From the NCBI GenBank assembly GCA_020430505.1, contig JAGQJT010000001.1, positions 7,629 through 71,628 on the forward strand: a stretch of 64,000 nucleotides of DNA. Reading direction: 5' to 3'. The notes beneath the pieces are model-generated. The model saw only the letters and a program-made list of their open reading frames with translations. It had not been told where the DNA came from and ran no database searches. This DNA comes from Nanobdellota archaeon (GTDB lineage Archaea; Nanobdellota; Nanobdellia; Pacearchaeales; GW2011-AR1). Of this stretch, positions 63,546 through 64,000 are shown in pieces; position 1 is the first letter of the stretch; the number at the start of each line of letters is the position of its first letter. Made by a program: the position numbers and the translations under genes.

Positions 63546-64000
63546 AAAATCGACCTTATCAACAAGTAGCCCTAAGAAAAGAATAACAAAACTAATTAAA
63601 AATGCGGGAGAAAATTGAACCCCCACTCTCACAAGAACATCTTTATTTCTCTTTTTTAACAGATAAATTTCTTTCTTTGTTAAGCCATCCCAAGTAGCTT
63701 TTACAATTTTCTTTCCAACTTTTACATCTTTGTATAACCAATCTCCTTCAGTCAACATAGAAACATTAAATTTTTTCACCATACAGGATTCATCGACAGA
63801 TTTAGCAAGTAGATATAAATAAGAAAGAAAAAAACAAATAACTCCCAATATCCAAAAAGGATAACCTAAGAAAGATAAGGCAACTAGAAGAATAGAGATT
63901 CCCAACAAAGAATAAACAAAAATCTTACTTTTGTTAAACTGCCTAGAAAATTCTTTCTTGAAACGAGAGAGATTCTTTATGGCAAAATAAAGAGTCGCAA
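63525..64000 (-). CDS. membrane protein, N-terminal part outside window
   Basis: The ORF track start at 63908 is TTG. The frame stays open to the window edge (...ATLYFAIKNLSRFKKEFSRQFNKSKIFVYSLLGISILL...). TM helices flank a small soluble domain. Confidence 0.5.
   Translation of the reverse strand, partial: ATLYFAIKNLSRFKKEFSRQFNKSKIFVYSLLGISILLVALSFLGYPFWILGVICFFLSYLYLLAKSVDESCMVKKFNVSMLTEGDWLYKDVKVGKKIVKATWDGLTKKEIYLLKKRNKDVLVRVGVQFSPAFLISFVILFLGLLVDKVDFLWKAFW

Overview
Strongly AT-rich, very gene-dense, streamlined archaeal chromosome segment. The gene content looks DPANN-like (Woese-/Pacearchaeota-style); this is inference from content only. I support about 85 protein genes and 8 tRNAs. 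Archaeal information-processing genes are unambiguous: TFB, TFE, RadA, RPA, GINS, two RecJ/DHH paralogs, SRP54, FtsY, aIF2-alpha, aEF-1beta, Nop10, Sm, EndA, RNase Z, Bud32 and ribosomal proteins S17e, S8e, L44e, S3Ae and S15. There are four aaRS genes: ProRS and GlyRS of archaeal type, LeuRS and a compact AlaRS of bacterial type. I saw no rRNA, CRISPR array, transposase, integrase or reverse transcriptase. Most promoters look leaderless, with a TATA box about 25 nt upstream of the ATG, and many genes are coupled by ATGA overlaps. Items most worth a second look: (1) an 11.4-kb cell-surface locus between two tRNAs, holding a LysM protein, a 2,725-aa secreted giant (Cys-rich core, possible papain-like Cys/His module, duplicated Cys module, C-terminal ankyrin repeats), a translationally coupled 618-aa protein with a pilin-type signal, and a mini membrane protein; (2) four of eight tRNAs sit 8-11 nt upstream of a same-strand start codon, suggesting tRNA-led, RNase Z-punctuated mRNAs; (3) a 129-aa protein collinear with one half of deoxyhypusine hydroxylase, including both His-Glu motifs, in the same window as deoxyhypusine synthase; (4) a 278-aa H-domain-only [FeFe]-hydrogenase-like protein that keeps all four H-cluster cysteines; (5) poly-lysine KKKT/KKKV repeats as a TFE tail (with a 75-bp tandem duplication) and as a stand-alone gene with a perfect Shine-Dalgarno. 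All calls come from reading the sequence and ORF translations by eye. No database search was run.
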